Shown here piece after piece: positions 34,878 to 43,332 of a stretch of DNA of 48,566 nt. The first letter of the stretch is position 1. Each line of letters begins with the position of its first letter. Under the pieces are notes generated by a model. That model saw only the letters and a program-made list of their open reading frames with translations. It had not been told where the DNA came from and did no database searches. Source of the stretch: a virus (lineage: Duplodnaviria; Heunggongvirae; Uroviricota; Caudoviricetes); the IMG/VR virus record IMGVR_UViG_2636415673_000004, positions 1-48,566 of that record. The stretch is one strand, 5' to 3'. A program made the position numbers and the translations under genes.

Positions 34878-35527
34878 GCCGCCATCTCCCTGACCAGTTT
34901 TTCCGCCTGCTGGCGAACCTGCGCCAGAAACGCCTCACCACATGCCTCAAGTTCATCGCGCCCGATGTAGCTGATTGCCGGTCCCTTCCAGGTCTTGTCG
35001 AAAACAGCAATAGCACCAGCGAAGAAAGCGCCTGTCGGCACCTGCTTCTCATCTTTCGGGATAAACCAGGCAGGCAGTTCAAAACCAATACGCCCGCGAA
35101 TAAAAGCAATATGATCTGCATCTTCCGGCCACCACACTTCGCTGGTGGCAGCTTTGATCAGGAAAACATAGCGCCCGCCTTTATCACGCATGGCACTGGC
35201 ATGTTTCATGATGTAACGCATGCCGGTGATGTATTGCCCCTCATGCTGACTGGCGCGGCTGTATGGGGGATTACCAAAGGCAGCACCTTTAAGCTCCGCA
35301 AGACGTTCTGACCAGTCATGCGCCAGCGCGTTGTCTTCCGCCGTGTAATACGCGGCACATTTGGCGTTATCACCATCGGTAAACAGATCCAGAACAAACG
35401 GGCCAAACAGGGTGTTAATCCCCCAGAAAATGTTATCCGGCGTGCGCCACTGATCGCCCACTTCCTTCAGTTCATGGGCTGGTTTGTTCCGCAGTTCCAC
35501 CAGTGCCTGACAATATTTATTACTCAT
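34874..35527 (-). CDS. Phage-type DNA N6-adenine methyltransferase (about 217 aa)
   Basis: NPPY catalytic motif (GNPPYSR); ATG at 35527 forms a TAATG overlap with the upstream stop (ORF-track frame begins with GTG at 35560). Confidence 0.75.
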   Translation of the reverse strand: MSNKYCQALVELRNKPAHELKEVGDQWRTPDNIFWGINTLFGPFVLDLFTDGDNAKCAAYYTAEDNALAHDWSERLAELKGAAFGNPPYSRASQHEGQYITGMRYIMKHASAMRDKGGRYVFLIKAATSEVWWPEDADHIAFIRGRIGFELPAWFIPKDEKQVPTGAFFAGAIAVFDKTWKGPAISYIGRDELEACGEAFLAQVRQQAEKLVREMAA

Positions 35528-36021
35528 TAAGCCCCCACGTAATTCCCTGACAGATACCACTCTTCACCCGATGCAGCGCGCTTGCTGCTTTTCCGTAAGC
35601 ACCGCTCACGACGCGCCAGAAAATTGTTTCGTTCTGGCTGGGAGTGGCTTTCACGGAATGCCGCCATCCACACGGTTGCAGCACGACGAAATAAGCCCCT
35701 GGACTCCAGTTCTTCAGCCTGGCGGGTCAGGCACAAAATCACCCGGGGATCGTTAGTGCCGACATAGAAATTGCGCACAGGTCTGGTTTCACGAACTGGT
35801 TGTGGTTCCGGCTCCTGCGCTCTCTCAGTCAGGCGCGGGAAATGTCTGCGTGTATCTCCTTCACAACGGTGAGCCACACGCCCGCTCTGACGTAACTTGC
35901 TTGCTGACTGCAGTACGCGCTGCCGTGAGTAACCTGCAAAAGCATCCGCAATGTCTCCGGAAGTACACCCCGGATGGGCTTCAATGAATTTCTGAACGTC
36001 ATTCAAAAGACTCATGCTCAC
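35527..36021 (-). CDS. Hypothetical protein with PerC-like C-terminal region (164 aa)
   Basis: ELESRGLFRRAATVWMAAF...ERNNFLARRERCL resembles the PerC/Pch motif (LExRGLWRRAA); N-terminal half unassigned. Confidence 0.4.
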   Translation of the reverse strand: MSMSLLNDVQKFIEAHPGCTSGDIADAFAGYSRQRVLQSASKLRQSGRVAHRCEGDTRRHFPRLTERAQEPEPQPVRETRPVRNFYVGTNDPRVILCLTRQAEELESRGLFRRAATVWMAAFRESHSQPERNNFLARRERCLRKSSKRAASGEEWYLSGNYVGA

Positions 36022-36959
36022 CCCCTGAATCCTGCCGGGATCTGGCTGTAGTCCACATTGTCGTAACTGGCTTTGAAGTACGGGTCTTCGCGTTTTTCTG
36101 TGTACGTGCTGATGGACGGCGATAAGCGCAGGGAAAGCTCATCCCATTTTTCCCGCAGCTTCGACGGGCTGAGCACGTTACGGCACCAGAACGGATCGCG
36201 GCTGATGCGGCTGTACATCTCGCAGATTTGTTTGTGAGTACGACCATCCTGCACACACATCAGGCGAATTTCGTTTGCCCAGGCTGTCCAGTTCGGTTCT
36301 TTGGGACGAACCACCTCGCCGTCACATTCGGCGGCCTGCTCGTACAGGGCGATGATTTTTTTCCAGAGCCACTGTGCGCAGGTCAAATCATCCTGCGTTC
36401 CCCACTGGCACTTTTTAGGGCTGAATACAACCGCATCAGGATGGCGAGTTAAAAAATCCTGTTCAGCCGTCTGCGTGTCCGGTTGCGAAACGTCCGGACG
36501 AGAAGGTTTTTTATCTGACGGATCATATTTTGATTTTACTGACGGATCCCCGCCAGATTCTGACGGGTGAAAACCCGCTTTTTTGCCAGATTTCGACGCA
36601 TCAAATTTTGACGGGTCAGATTTTGATGCGTCAGATTTTGACGGGTCAGAATCTGACAGTTGAGAAAATGCCGCGGCCTGAAGCTTCGCAACGTTAAGCT
36701 GATAAACATTCGACGCATTACGGTTACCCTGGCGACGCGCCTTACGCGTTAACCAGCCTTCTGCTTCCAGCCGTGCAATAGCCGTTCTGACGGTACTCAT
36801 CCCCGCGCCAATCTGGCGGGCAATGGTTTCAATCGATGGCCAGCACACACCTTCGTCATTACTGAAATCAGCCAGGCGGGCCATAATTGCCACACTGGAT
36901 AATTTCATGCCTGACGCTGCGCAACCATCCCATACATAGCCGGTTAATTTAGTGCTCAT
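36018..36959 (-). CDS. Replication initiation protein (N-terminal HTH, repeat-encoded linker, C-terminal helical domain), 313 aa
   Basis: HTH region (SIETIARQIGAGMSTVRTAIARLEAEGWL); the SDPSKSDASKSDPSKFDASKS linker is encoded by DNA iterons; sits in the O position after cro/cII-like genes. Confidence 0.6.
   Translation of the reverse strand: MSTKLTGYVWDGCAASGMKLSSVAIMARLADFSNDEGVCWPSIETIARQIGAGMSTVRTAIARLEAEGWLTRKARRQGNRNASNVYQLNVAKLQAAAFSQLSDSDPSKSDASKSDPSKFDASKSGKKAGFHPSESGGDPSVKSKYDPSDKKPSRPDVSQPDTQTAEQDFLTRHPDAVVFSPKKCQWGTQDDLTCAQWLWKKIIALYEQAAECDGEVVRPKEPNWTAWANEIRLMCVQDGRTHKQICEMYSRISRDPFWCRNVLSPSKLREKWDELSLRLSPSISTYTEKREDPYFKASYDNVDYSQIPAGFRG
36510..36665. repeat. Iteron array (candidate replication origin) inside the replication gene
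   Basis: About 8 copies of a TGACGG(G/A)T-centred 15-bp unit at 15-24 bp spacing (for example ttttgacgggtcaga twice). Confidence 0.55.
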
Positions 36960-36968
36960 GACCGACCT

Positions 36969-37307
36969 CTATTTCCCTGAATTTACGACGAAACTGTTCG
37001 AGCGGGCTGAAGCACTCATGCTCATAGCCTTCGCGGAGGTAGATAACCCGTTGTGTTTCCGGTTCCCAACGAATGACTCTGACGGGTACTCCGTAGTGAT
37101 CTTTGAACCAGCGGTTAACTTGTCGCAAAGGACTGTCTCCTTCTGCCGGTTGAAATCACCCACAGCCCACTCAGCAAAGCTGTGGGTTACAATTTCCCTG
37201 TCACCTGGTACATTTACTGCATAGCAATACTCCACCTTCGCTTTTCCACCCGGTACAGGAAGCGCAATCAGTTGCGAGCGACGGTAGTGTGTTGTTAAAC
37301 TGTTCAT
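36969..37307 (-). CDS. Hypothetical ORF coupled to the CII-like gene; possibly frame-disrupted
   Basis: ATG overlaps the upstream stop (ATGA); N-terminal half looks protein-like, C-terminal half is low-complexity while an alternative frame encodes a better sequence. Confidence 0.35.
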   Translation of the reverse strand: MNSLTTHYRRSQLIALPVPGGKAKVEYCYAVNVPGDREIVTHSFAEWAVGDFNRQKETVLCDKLTAGSKITTEYPSESFVGNRKHNGLSTSAKAMSMSASARSNSFVVNSGK

Positions 37308-37918
37308 GCGTTAGTTTCTCCACAACCAGAAGCAATCGACGCCACGACGCCCGGAGCTGCACACTCGCGGGCGTCATTACTTTCTGAAACGCAAAAAATT
37401 TTGTAGACAAGTGCTGCATGCTCCTGCAGCTTCGAAATTGAGAGGTACAGCTCGTCGTTAATTGCTGTCTTCTCATGCGGTTCCACTACACCGTCTTCGA
37501 TTGCCGAACGAATCTGTTTTGAATAACTGCCGATCTGTTCAATGACTTCCAGTAAACGCTGGTTAATATCGGCATTGTCCACATCCTCGACGTCAGGAAG
37601 AGACACAAAGACGCCATTTGCAGACTGCGCCACAGCGTCAGCAATGAAGTGAGTGCCACCAGCACGTTGTAAAATCATTGCCCATCCCAGCGGGAAAATC
37701 TGATCGCCATCGGCACGAAGGCGGTTAAATAATGCGTTCTCTGTTACATCCAGCCAGTCAGCTGCTTCAGCGTAACCACCCGGCAACGCTGCGATAGTTT
37801 TTCTGACAGCTTTCACGTACCACTCAGGCTGTTTTTCTACTTTCCAGTGATACTTACCCACGGTTAGCCTCATCGTTCTGTGGTTTCTGTTAATCGATTT
37901 ATCCATTAGATTTTTCAT
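37304..37918 (-). CDS. CII-like/YdaT-like regulatory protein (about 204 aa); start uncertain (37918, 37906 or 37975)
   Basis: Follows cro; central region [21 protein letters not shown]...FPLGWAMIL resembles the lambda CII HTH region. Confidence 0.45.
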   Translation of the reverse strand: MKNLMDKSINRNHRTMRLTVGKYHWKVEKQPEWYVKAVRKTIAALPGGYAEAADWLDVTENALFNRLRADGDQIFPLGWAMILQRAGGTHFIADAVAQSANGVFVSLPDVEDVDNADINQRLLEVIEQIGSYSKQIRSAIEDGVVEPHEKTAINDELYLSISKLQEHAALVYKIFCVSESNDARECAAPGVVASIASGCGETNA

Positions 37919-38099
37919 AAAGCTCAGGTTTAAATGGCAACCGTCCGCAAGTTCTATATGCTGCTTCTGCTGCACGTCCTTTTGGAATTAACTGGCCCGG
38001 ACGGTTTCGCCACTGATAAACGGCCTCAGTTGTTATGCCGAAAAAAGCAGCAACTTTCTCAATACTGCCGAAGTAGCTTTCGATATCGTCAGTTGTCAT
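37899..38099 (-). CDS. Cro-like repressor, DicC/YdaS family (66 aa)
   Basis: HTH SIEKVAAFFGITTEAVYQW and overall pattern similar to DicC as recalled; divergent from the CI-like gene; GGAGG RBS. Confidence 0.75.
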   Translation of the reverse strand: MTTDDIESYFGSIEKVAAFFGITTEAVYQWRNRPGQLIPKGRAAEAAYRTCGRLPFKPELYEKSNG

Positions 38100-38197
38100 A
38101 CGCCCTCCAAAACTAAGTTTTATTAGATGTTAATTATCAATCTATCTTAGGTCAATAAAAACTAAGATTACTTAGTAATTTAAGAAATGGTGCTCCT
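38100..38197. promoter_or_regulatory. Divergent immunity promoter/operator region between cro and cI
   Basis: Perfect 16-bp palindrome ACTAAGATTACTTAGT (38161-38176) plus further ACTAAG/CTTAG half-sites; minus-strand TTGACC, 17 nt, TAACAT as candidate PR. Confidence 0.55.
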
Positions 38198-38824
38198 ATG
38201 GAAACGGTTGGTCAGCGTATAAAAGCTCTGAGAAGGGTTACCAGAACGTCCCAGAAAGAATTGGGTAAATTTTGTGGGGTAAGTGACGTTGCTGTGGGGT
38301 ACTGGGAAAAAGACATCAATGTCCCTGGCGGGGAAGCACTTTCGAAATTAGCGAAGTTCTTTAATACGTCAATAGATTACATTCTTTATGGTGCTGAGTT
38401 TGAAGGCAAACTAGTCACAAACATGCGCAGAGTTCCTGTAATTTCGTGGGTTCAGGCTGGGCAGTTTACTGAGTGCAGGGCAGCAGAAGTGTTTAGTGAA
38501 GTGGACAAGTGGGTAGATACATCTTTAAAGATTGGTGATAACTCATTTGCATTAGAAGTTAAAGGCGACTCCATGACTAATCCTAATGGCCTCCCAACAA
38601 TACCAGAAGGTGCAACAGTGATTGTAGATCCTGATGCAGAACCTCGTCATGGAAAAATAGTCATTGCTCGACTTGATGGAACGAACGAAGCTACAGTAAA
38701 AAAATTAGTCATCGATGGTCCTCAAAAGTTTTTAGTGCCATTAAATCCACGGTATCCCAACATCCCAATCAATGGTAATTGCCTGATCATTGGTGTAGTC
38801 AAAGGAGTTCAATACGAACTCTAG
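38198..38824 (+). CDS. cI: CI-type prophage repressor (HTH-XRE plus S24 LexA-like autopeptidase), 208 aa
   Basis: N-terminal HTH (QKELGKFCGVSDVAVGYWEKD); C-terminal S24 motifs GDSM (Ser) and a downstream Lys (ATVKKL). Confidence 0.85.
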   Translation: METVGQRIKALRRVTRTSQKELGKFCGVSDVAVGYWEKDINVPGGEALSKLAKFFNTSIDYILYGAEFEGKLVTNMRRVPVISWVQAGQFTECRAAEVFSEVDKWVDTSLKIGDNSFALEVKGDSMTNPNGLPTIPEGATVIVDPDAEPRHGKIVIARLDGTNEATVKKLVIDGPQKFLVPLNPRYPNIPINGNCLIIGVVKGVQYEL

Positions 38825-38846
38825 TACCTCCCTTCTCTAACCAAGG

Positions 38847-38880
38847 CACCAAACTAAGAAAAGTTTGGTGTTTCCTCTTG
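38847..38880 (+). terminator. Candidate terminator downstream of cI
   Basis: CACCAAACT-aagaaa-AGTTTGGTG followed by TTTCCTCTT; AT-rich stem, so only moderate. Confidence 0.4.
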
Positions 38881-38988
38881 CCTTAAAAACTAAGTTAAGT
38901 TAGATTTAATATCAAAGATAACGAACAGGCAGGACGCCCACAAAGTAGCCTCCTGGGGCAAATGAAGTCCAGGATGATTCGTTAGCAA

Positions 38989-39012
38989 CAAAAAAGCGCC
39001 CTATAGGACGCT
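38989..39012 (-). terminator. Rho-independent terminator downstream of the 39055..39576 gene
   Basis: Minus-strand AGCGTCC-TATA-GGGCGCT followed by TTTTTT. Confidence 0.6.
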
Positions 39013-39054
39013 TCGATCTTTAACAATCTGGGTATCATCCAACCAATGCAAGAT

Positions 39055-39576
39055 TTAAGGAATCCAAGGCGAATTCAGATCTCGCCCCGACTCACGTAAT
39101 GATCTTGGTCGTTCGTACATCGGATTTTTTTCCATAAGAAATTTATTTTCACAGTGAAGGCAACGGCTTGTAAGAAAATGAGAAGTTTTACCTACTGGAA
39201 GCGGATGAAGTATCGATTTTATATTTTTGGAATAACAAAGTGGGCACAGATGCACAGTTATTTCTTTTCCACTCACAATTTCATTTTTAGAGTAAACAAA
39301 AGCACCAGAGTCAAGCTGATCAAGGACATATCCTTCTACCTTGGCACAAAAATCTTCAAACTCTGCAATTTTTGCTTTGAGATGCATCACCTCTTCATCA
39401 CGAAGGCGGATCGCATCGCCAAGAGAGAAGCATTCTGCCTGAAGCGTGATTAGTTTGTTCTGGAGTTCAATGGTTGCAGCTTTAACTTCTGCATCCGTTT
39501 TCGCGTCATTAATAACCTTAGCAAGACCGGCAGTCTCCTTTATAGCAGCCATAGCCGCAGACAGTTCAGCTATCAC
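39055..39576 (-). CDS. Hypothetical protein (173 aa; coiled-coil N-terminus, CxxC...CxxC C-terminus), antisense to cI and the early-left operon
   Basis: Non-repetitive ORF with its own terminator; CPLCYSK...CLHCENKF motif; start codon GTG (39576) or ATG (39552), both with weak RBS. Confidence 0.45.
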   Translation of the reverse strand: MIAELSAAMAAIKETAGLAKVINDAKTDAEVKAATIELQNKLITLQAECFSLGDAIRLRDEEVMHLKAKIAEFEDFCAKVEGYVLDQLDSGAFVYSKNEIVSGKEITVHLCPLCYSKNIKSILHPLPVGKTSHFLTSRCLHCENKFLMEKNPMYERPRSLRESGRDLNSPWIP

Positions 39577-40045
39577 GTTGAATACTCAGCTAGTTGTTGG
39601 GGGTATCCAGATTAACCAAATCCTTGTTGTTGGGGAATAACCAGGTCCACCTCGCCTGATGTGGCTAAAAGCAGGCACATAACAGCTAAGTATTTTCAAC
39701 CAGAGAGAATCCTTAGCGTTGTGGTGAATGCGGCTCAGCGCACGCGGGTTAAGGTTGAGGCTGACAGTCGACCTTCTGTGGATACCCACCCGTCTGGTGT
39801 GCAACCTTCGCCAGGCACCGGGAGGCACCCGGCACCACAACTTTATGCTGTGTGTAGTCCTGGCGGTACCAGTTTGTACCCTTGCTTCCGGCTGGTACCG
39901 TCCTTTTTACAAAACAGAGAAGAGCATCACCGGACGACGGGCTCATAACCCAATCCATCCGGGCGGCTGCCACCGCAGGTGTTCTTCTCTGTTTTGTGGA
40001 GAAACTAATCGGCCTTGCAGGGTCGATATGATGAGGAGCAGCAAA

Positions 40046-40408
40046 ATGGCTAGCGAACGCAGTACTGATGTGCAGGCATTTATCGGGGAGCTGGACGGCG
40101 GCGTATTTGAAACCAAAATCGGCGCAGTTCTCAGTGAAGTCGCTTCCGGTGTGATGAACACGAAAACCAAAGGTAAGGTCTCACTCAACCTGGAAATCGA
40201 ACCATTTGATGAGAACCGTGTGAAAATCAAACACAAACTCTCATATGTTCGCCCGACTAACCGCGGGAAAATTTCCGAAGAAGACACCACCGAAACGCCG
40301 ATGTATGTCAATCGCGGTGGTCGCCTGACTATTCTGCAGGAAGACCAGGGACAATTACTGACTCTTGCCGGTGAGCCTGACGGAAAATTACGCGCAGCAG
40401 GTCATTAA
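40046..40408 (+). CDS. YfdP-like hypothetical protein (120 aa)
   Basis: Strong RBS (GAGGAG, 7 nt, ATG at 40046); first gene of a YfdP/Q/R/S-like cluster. Confidence 0.6.
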   Translation: MASERSTDVQAFIGELDGGVFETKIGAVLSEVASGVMNTKTKGKVSLNLEIEPFDENRVKIKHKLSYVRPTNRGKISEEDTTETPMYVNRGGRLTILQEDQGQLLTLAGEPDGKLRAAGH

Positions 40409-40473
40409 TATCGTTCTTAATTAACTGATTATTTATCTCATCACTGAATATCTTTATATAGTGAGGACTTATT

Positions 40474-41298
40474 ATGTCTCAGAACTTAGACGCAACCGCA
40501 ATTAATCAAATCCATGCCCTTATTTCTGCTCAGGGTGTTAATGAAATTATCAGTAAGATTGGTGCCGATGCTGTGGCATTGCCTGAGAATTTCCGCATTC
40601 ATGATCTGGAAAAATTTAATTTAAATCGCTTCCGTTTCCGTGGTGCGCTTTCCACTGCCAGCATCGATGACTTTACCCGTTATTCTAAAGATCTTGCAGA
40701 TGAAGGCACCCGCTGCTTTATCGATGCCGATAATATGCGAGCCGTCAGTGTGCTTAACCTGGGTACTATTGGTGAACCAGGTCACGCAGATAACACCGCC
40801 ACACTCAAACTGAAAAAGACAGCACCGTTCTCTGCTCTGTTGTCTGTTAATGGCGAGCGTAACTCCCAGAAGTCACTGGCAGAATGGATTGAAGACTGGG
40901 CCGACTACCTTGTGGGCTTTGATGCTAATGGTGACGCTATTCAGGCAACAAAAGCGGCTGCGGCGGTCCGAAAAATCACGATTGAAGCAAACCAGACCGC
41001 TGATTTTGAAGATAATGACTTCAGCGGCAAACGCTCCCTGATGGAGTCTGTCGAAGCGAAGACCAAAGATATTATGCCAGTGGCATTTGAATTTAAATGC
41101 GTTCCGTTTGAAGGTCTGAAAGAACGTCCATTTAAATTACGCCTCAGCATTATCACTGGCGATCGTCCTGTACTGGTTCTGCGCATTATTCAGCTGGAAG
41201 CAGTGCAGGAAGAAATGGCTAACGAATTTCGTGATCTGCTTGTTGAGAAATTCAAAGACAGCAAAGTAGAAACCTTTATTGGTACTTTCACCGCCTGA
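40474..41298 (+). CDS. yfdQ: YfdQ-like (DUF2303-family) protein (274 aa)
   Basis: Same length as K-12 CPS-53 YfdQ and in the same neighbourhood as YfdR/YfdS-like genes; GTGAGGA RBS. Confidence 0.6.
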   Translation: MSQNLDATAINQIHALISAQGVNEIISKIGADAVALPENFRIHDLEKFNLNRFRFRGALSTASIDDFTRYSKDLADEGTRCFIDADNMRAVSVLNLGTIGEPGHADNTATLKLKKTAPFSALLSVNGERNSQKSLAEWIEDWADYLVGFDANGDAIQATKAAAAVRKITIEANQTADFEDNDFSGKRSLMESVEAKTKDIMPVAFEFKCVPFEGLKERPFKLRLSIITGDRPVLVLRIIQLEAVQEEMANEFRDLLVEKFKDSKVETFIGTFTA

Positions 41299-41426
41299 TT
41301 TCATTACTGCAAATGCCCCTGCGGGGGCATTTATGGAAACGTAATTAACTCAATAATCGCCGGATGGTGAGGGCTTCCTTTTACCCGAATTCAGCGCGGT
41401 GCAGCGCATATAACGTGGAGAACAAA

Positions 41427-41963
41427 ATGTCATTTATTAAAACTTTTTCCGGGAAACATTTTTATTATGACAGGATAAATAAAGACAACATCGATATTAA
41501 CGATATCGCGGTTTCCCTTTCAAATATCTGTCGCTTTGCTGGTCATCTTTCACACTTCTACAGCGTTGCCCAACATGCGGTGCTTTGCAGCCAGCTGGTA
41601 CCGGAGGAGTTTGCTTTTGAAGCGTTAATGCATGATGCAACAGAAGCGTATTGCCAGGACATCCCCGCACCACTGAAACGCCTTCTTCCTGACTATAAAC
41701 GGATGGAAGAAAAAATAGATGCCGTAATCCGTGAGAAATACGGGTTACCCCCAGTTATGAGTACGCCCGTGAAATATGCCGATCTTATCATGCTGGCAAC
41801 CGAACGCCGCGATCTCGGGCTTGATGATGGCTCTTTCTGGCCTGTACTGGAAGGCATCCCGGCAACAGAGATGTTCAACGTGATTCCACTGGCACCTGGC
41901 CATGCCTACGGGATGTTTATGGAACGTTTTAACGAGTTATCGGAGTTACGCAAATGCGCATGA
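41427..41963 (+). CDS. yfdR: HD-domain phosphohydrolase, YfdR-like 5'-deoxynucleotidase (178 aa)
   Basis: MSFIKTFSGKHFYYDRINKDN... with HD-family residues (...FAGHLSHF...HDATEAY...). Confidence 0.7.
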   Translation: MSFIKTFSGKHFYYDRINKDNIDINDIAVSLSNICRFAGHLSHFYSVAQHAVLCSQLVPEEFAFEALMHDATEAYCQDIPAPLKRLLPDYKRMEEKIDAVIREKYGLPPVMSTPVKYADLIMLATERRDLGLDDGSFWPVLEGIPATEMFNVIPLAPGHAYGMFMERFNELSELRKCA

Positions 41964-42316
41964 ATGTTTTCGAAATGGAAGGGTTTCTTCGCGGGAAATG
42001 TGTACCGCGAGATCTGAAAGTGAACGAAACAAATGCTGAGTACCTGGTACGTAAATTCGACGCGCTTGAAGCTAAATGTGCGGCACTGGAAAACAAAATA
42101 ATACCAGTGTCAGCTGAACTGCCACCAGCAAATGAAAGTGTTCTGTTATTTGATGCTAACGGAGAAGGCTGGCTGATTGGCTGGCGTTCTCTCTGGTACA
42201 CCTGGGGACAAAAAGAAACCGGAGAATGGCAGTGGACATTTCAGGTCGGGGACCTTGAAAACTTCAATATCACTCACTGGGCAGTAATGCCCAAAGCGCC
42301 GGAGGCTGGAGCATAA
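41954..42316 (+). CDS. DUF551-domain protein (120 aa), YfdS-like
   Basis: C-terminal W-rich block ending ...NITHWAVMPKAPE; overlaps the yfdR-like stop. Confidence 0.55.
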   Translation: MRMNVFEMEGFLRGKCVPRDLKVNETNAEYLVRKFDALEAKCAALENKIIPVSAELPPANESVLLFDANGEGWLIGWRSLWYTWGQKETGEWQWTFQVGDLENFNITHWAVMPKAPEAGA

Positions 42317-42936
42317 TGACCACATTTACCAATAAAGAACTGATTAAAGAAATCAAAGAACGAATCAGCAGCCTAGAGGTTCGAGACGATATTGAGCGCC
42401 GTGCTTATGAAATTGCTCTGGCATCGCTGGAAGAGGAGCCGGTGGCATGGCTGCATTCAGACAATGGCTTAGGTATTCCGGCAATAACCAGGAGCAAAAA
42501 CATTGCTGACAGTTGGTTATCAATGGGCTGGTATGTTCAGCCGCTATATATAGCCAAGCCAGTACTGGTGGTGCCAGATGCTCGTCCGTCTTTAAATAAT
42601 GGCATAGTCGGTTTTGATGAAGGCTGGAACGCCTGCCGCGCCACCATGCTTCATGGTGCCAAACCTGTAAGCCAGACTTACAAGTTGAACAAGCTGTCGG
42701 GCAACTCTCCGGTAACTCAGGATGGTTGGATAAGCTGTAGTGAGCGAATGCCGAACGATAAACAGTATGTTTGGTGTTGGGGTAAGTCTTACGGCTGGAC
42801 TGAGTGCGATACCTTCGAAGGGTATTACGATTGGTCGAGAAACAAATGGTGGGCAGTTACAGACGATGGGGAAGAACCGGCATCGAAAGTAACCCACTGG
42901 ATGCCGCTACCGGAGCCACCGCAGGAGGTGAAGTAA
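42316..42936 (+). CDS. DUF551-domain protein (206 aa)
   Basis: C-terminal GWISCSERMPNDKQYVWCWGK...VTHWMPLPEPP; TAATG coupling to the upstream gene. Confidence 0.55.
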   Translation: MTTFTNKELIKEIKERISSLEVRDDIERRAYEIALASLEEEPVAWLHSDNGLGIPAITRSKNIADSWLSMGWYVQPLYIAKPVLVVPDARPSLNNGIVGFDEGWNACRATMLHGAKPVSQTYKLNKLSGNSPVTQDGWISCSERMPNDKQYVWCWGKSYGWTECDTFEGYYDWSRNKWWAVTDDGEEPASKVTHWMPLPEPPQEVK

Positions 42937-43130
42937 TGAACAACTTAATGACAACTAAACAAGTCGCCGACTTCTGTGGTGTTTCAGTATCGACCGTTCT
43001 TCGCTGGAACAGCGTAAACAGGAGAACTGGCCAGAAATACAGGCCTGACTTTCCAGATCCTGATATTAAATCCTGCCCAAATAAATGGGCATCACGCAAG
43101 ATATACAGGTTTGCTGGAGTTATTGAGTGA
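42936..43130 (+). CDS. xis: Excisionase/AlpA-like small HTH protein (64 aa)
   Basis: MNNLMTTKQVADFCGVSVSTVLRWNS... HTH; last gene of the early-left operon; TAATG coupling. Confidence 0.6.
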   Translation: MNNLMTTKQVADFCGVSVSTVLRWNSVNRRTGQKYRPDFPDPDIKSCPNKWASRKIYRFAGVIE

Positions 43131-43332
43131 TGGGTATTAGCTCATATCAGAACTAATACCCATCAATGACACAGAGCCAACTACCCACCCTGTGTCAGGG
43201 GCTAACTTTTAACACCATAATTCACCGCTAGATAAAAACTGTATTGCATTGCACGAGCGGCGCAGCATTATCAGTTAGAGTGTCTTTACCTTGTTAGGCT
43301 CCACAGTTCGCACTGTCCAACGCCTGTCACTT

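Noticed and set aside
36952-37224. 90-aa plus-strand ORF upstream of the replication gene
   Set aside because: Antisense to two coupled minus-strand frames; no RBS.
39154-39640. Plus-strand ORFs of 99 and 64 aa
   Set aside because: Phe/Lys/Cys-rich antisense translations of the 39055..39576 gene, with no RBS; not Arg-rich N-like proteins.
39728-40045. Extended 226-aa form of the YfdP-like ORF starting at 39728
   Set aside because: The extra 106 codons are Arg/Cys/Pro-rich and coincide with the inverted-repeat region; a strong RBS and ATG occur at 40046.
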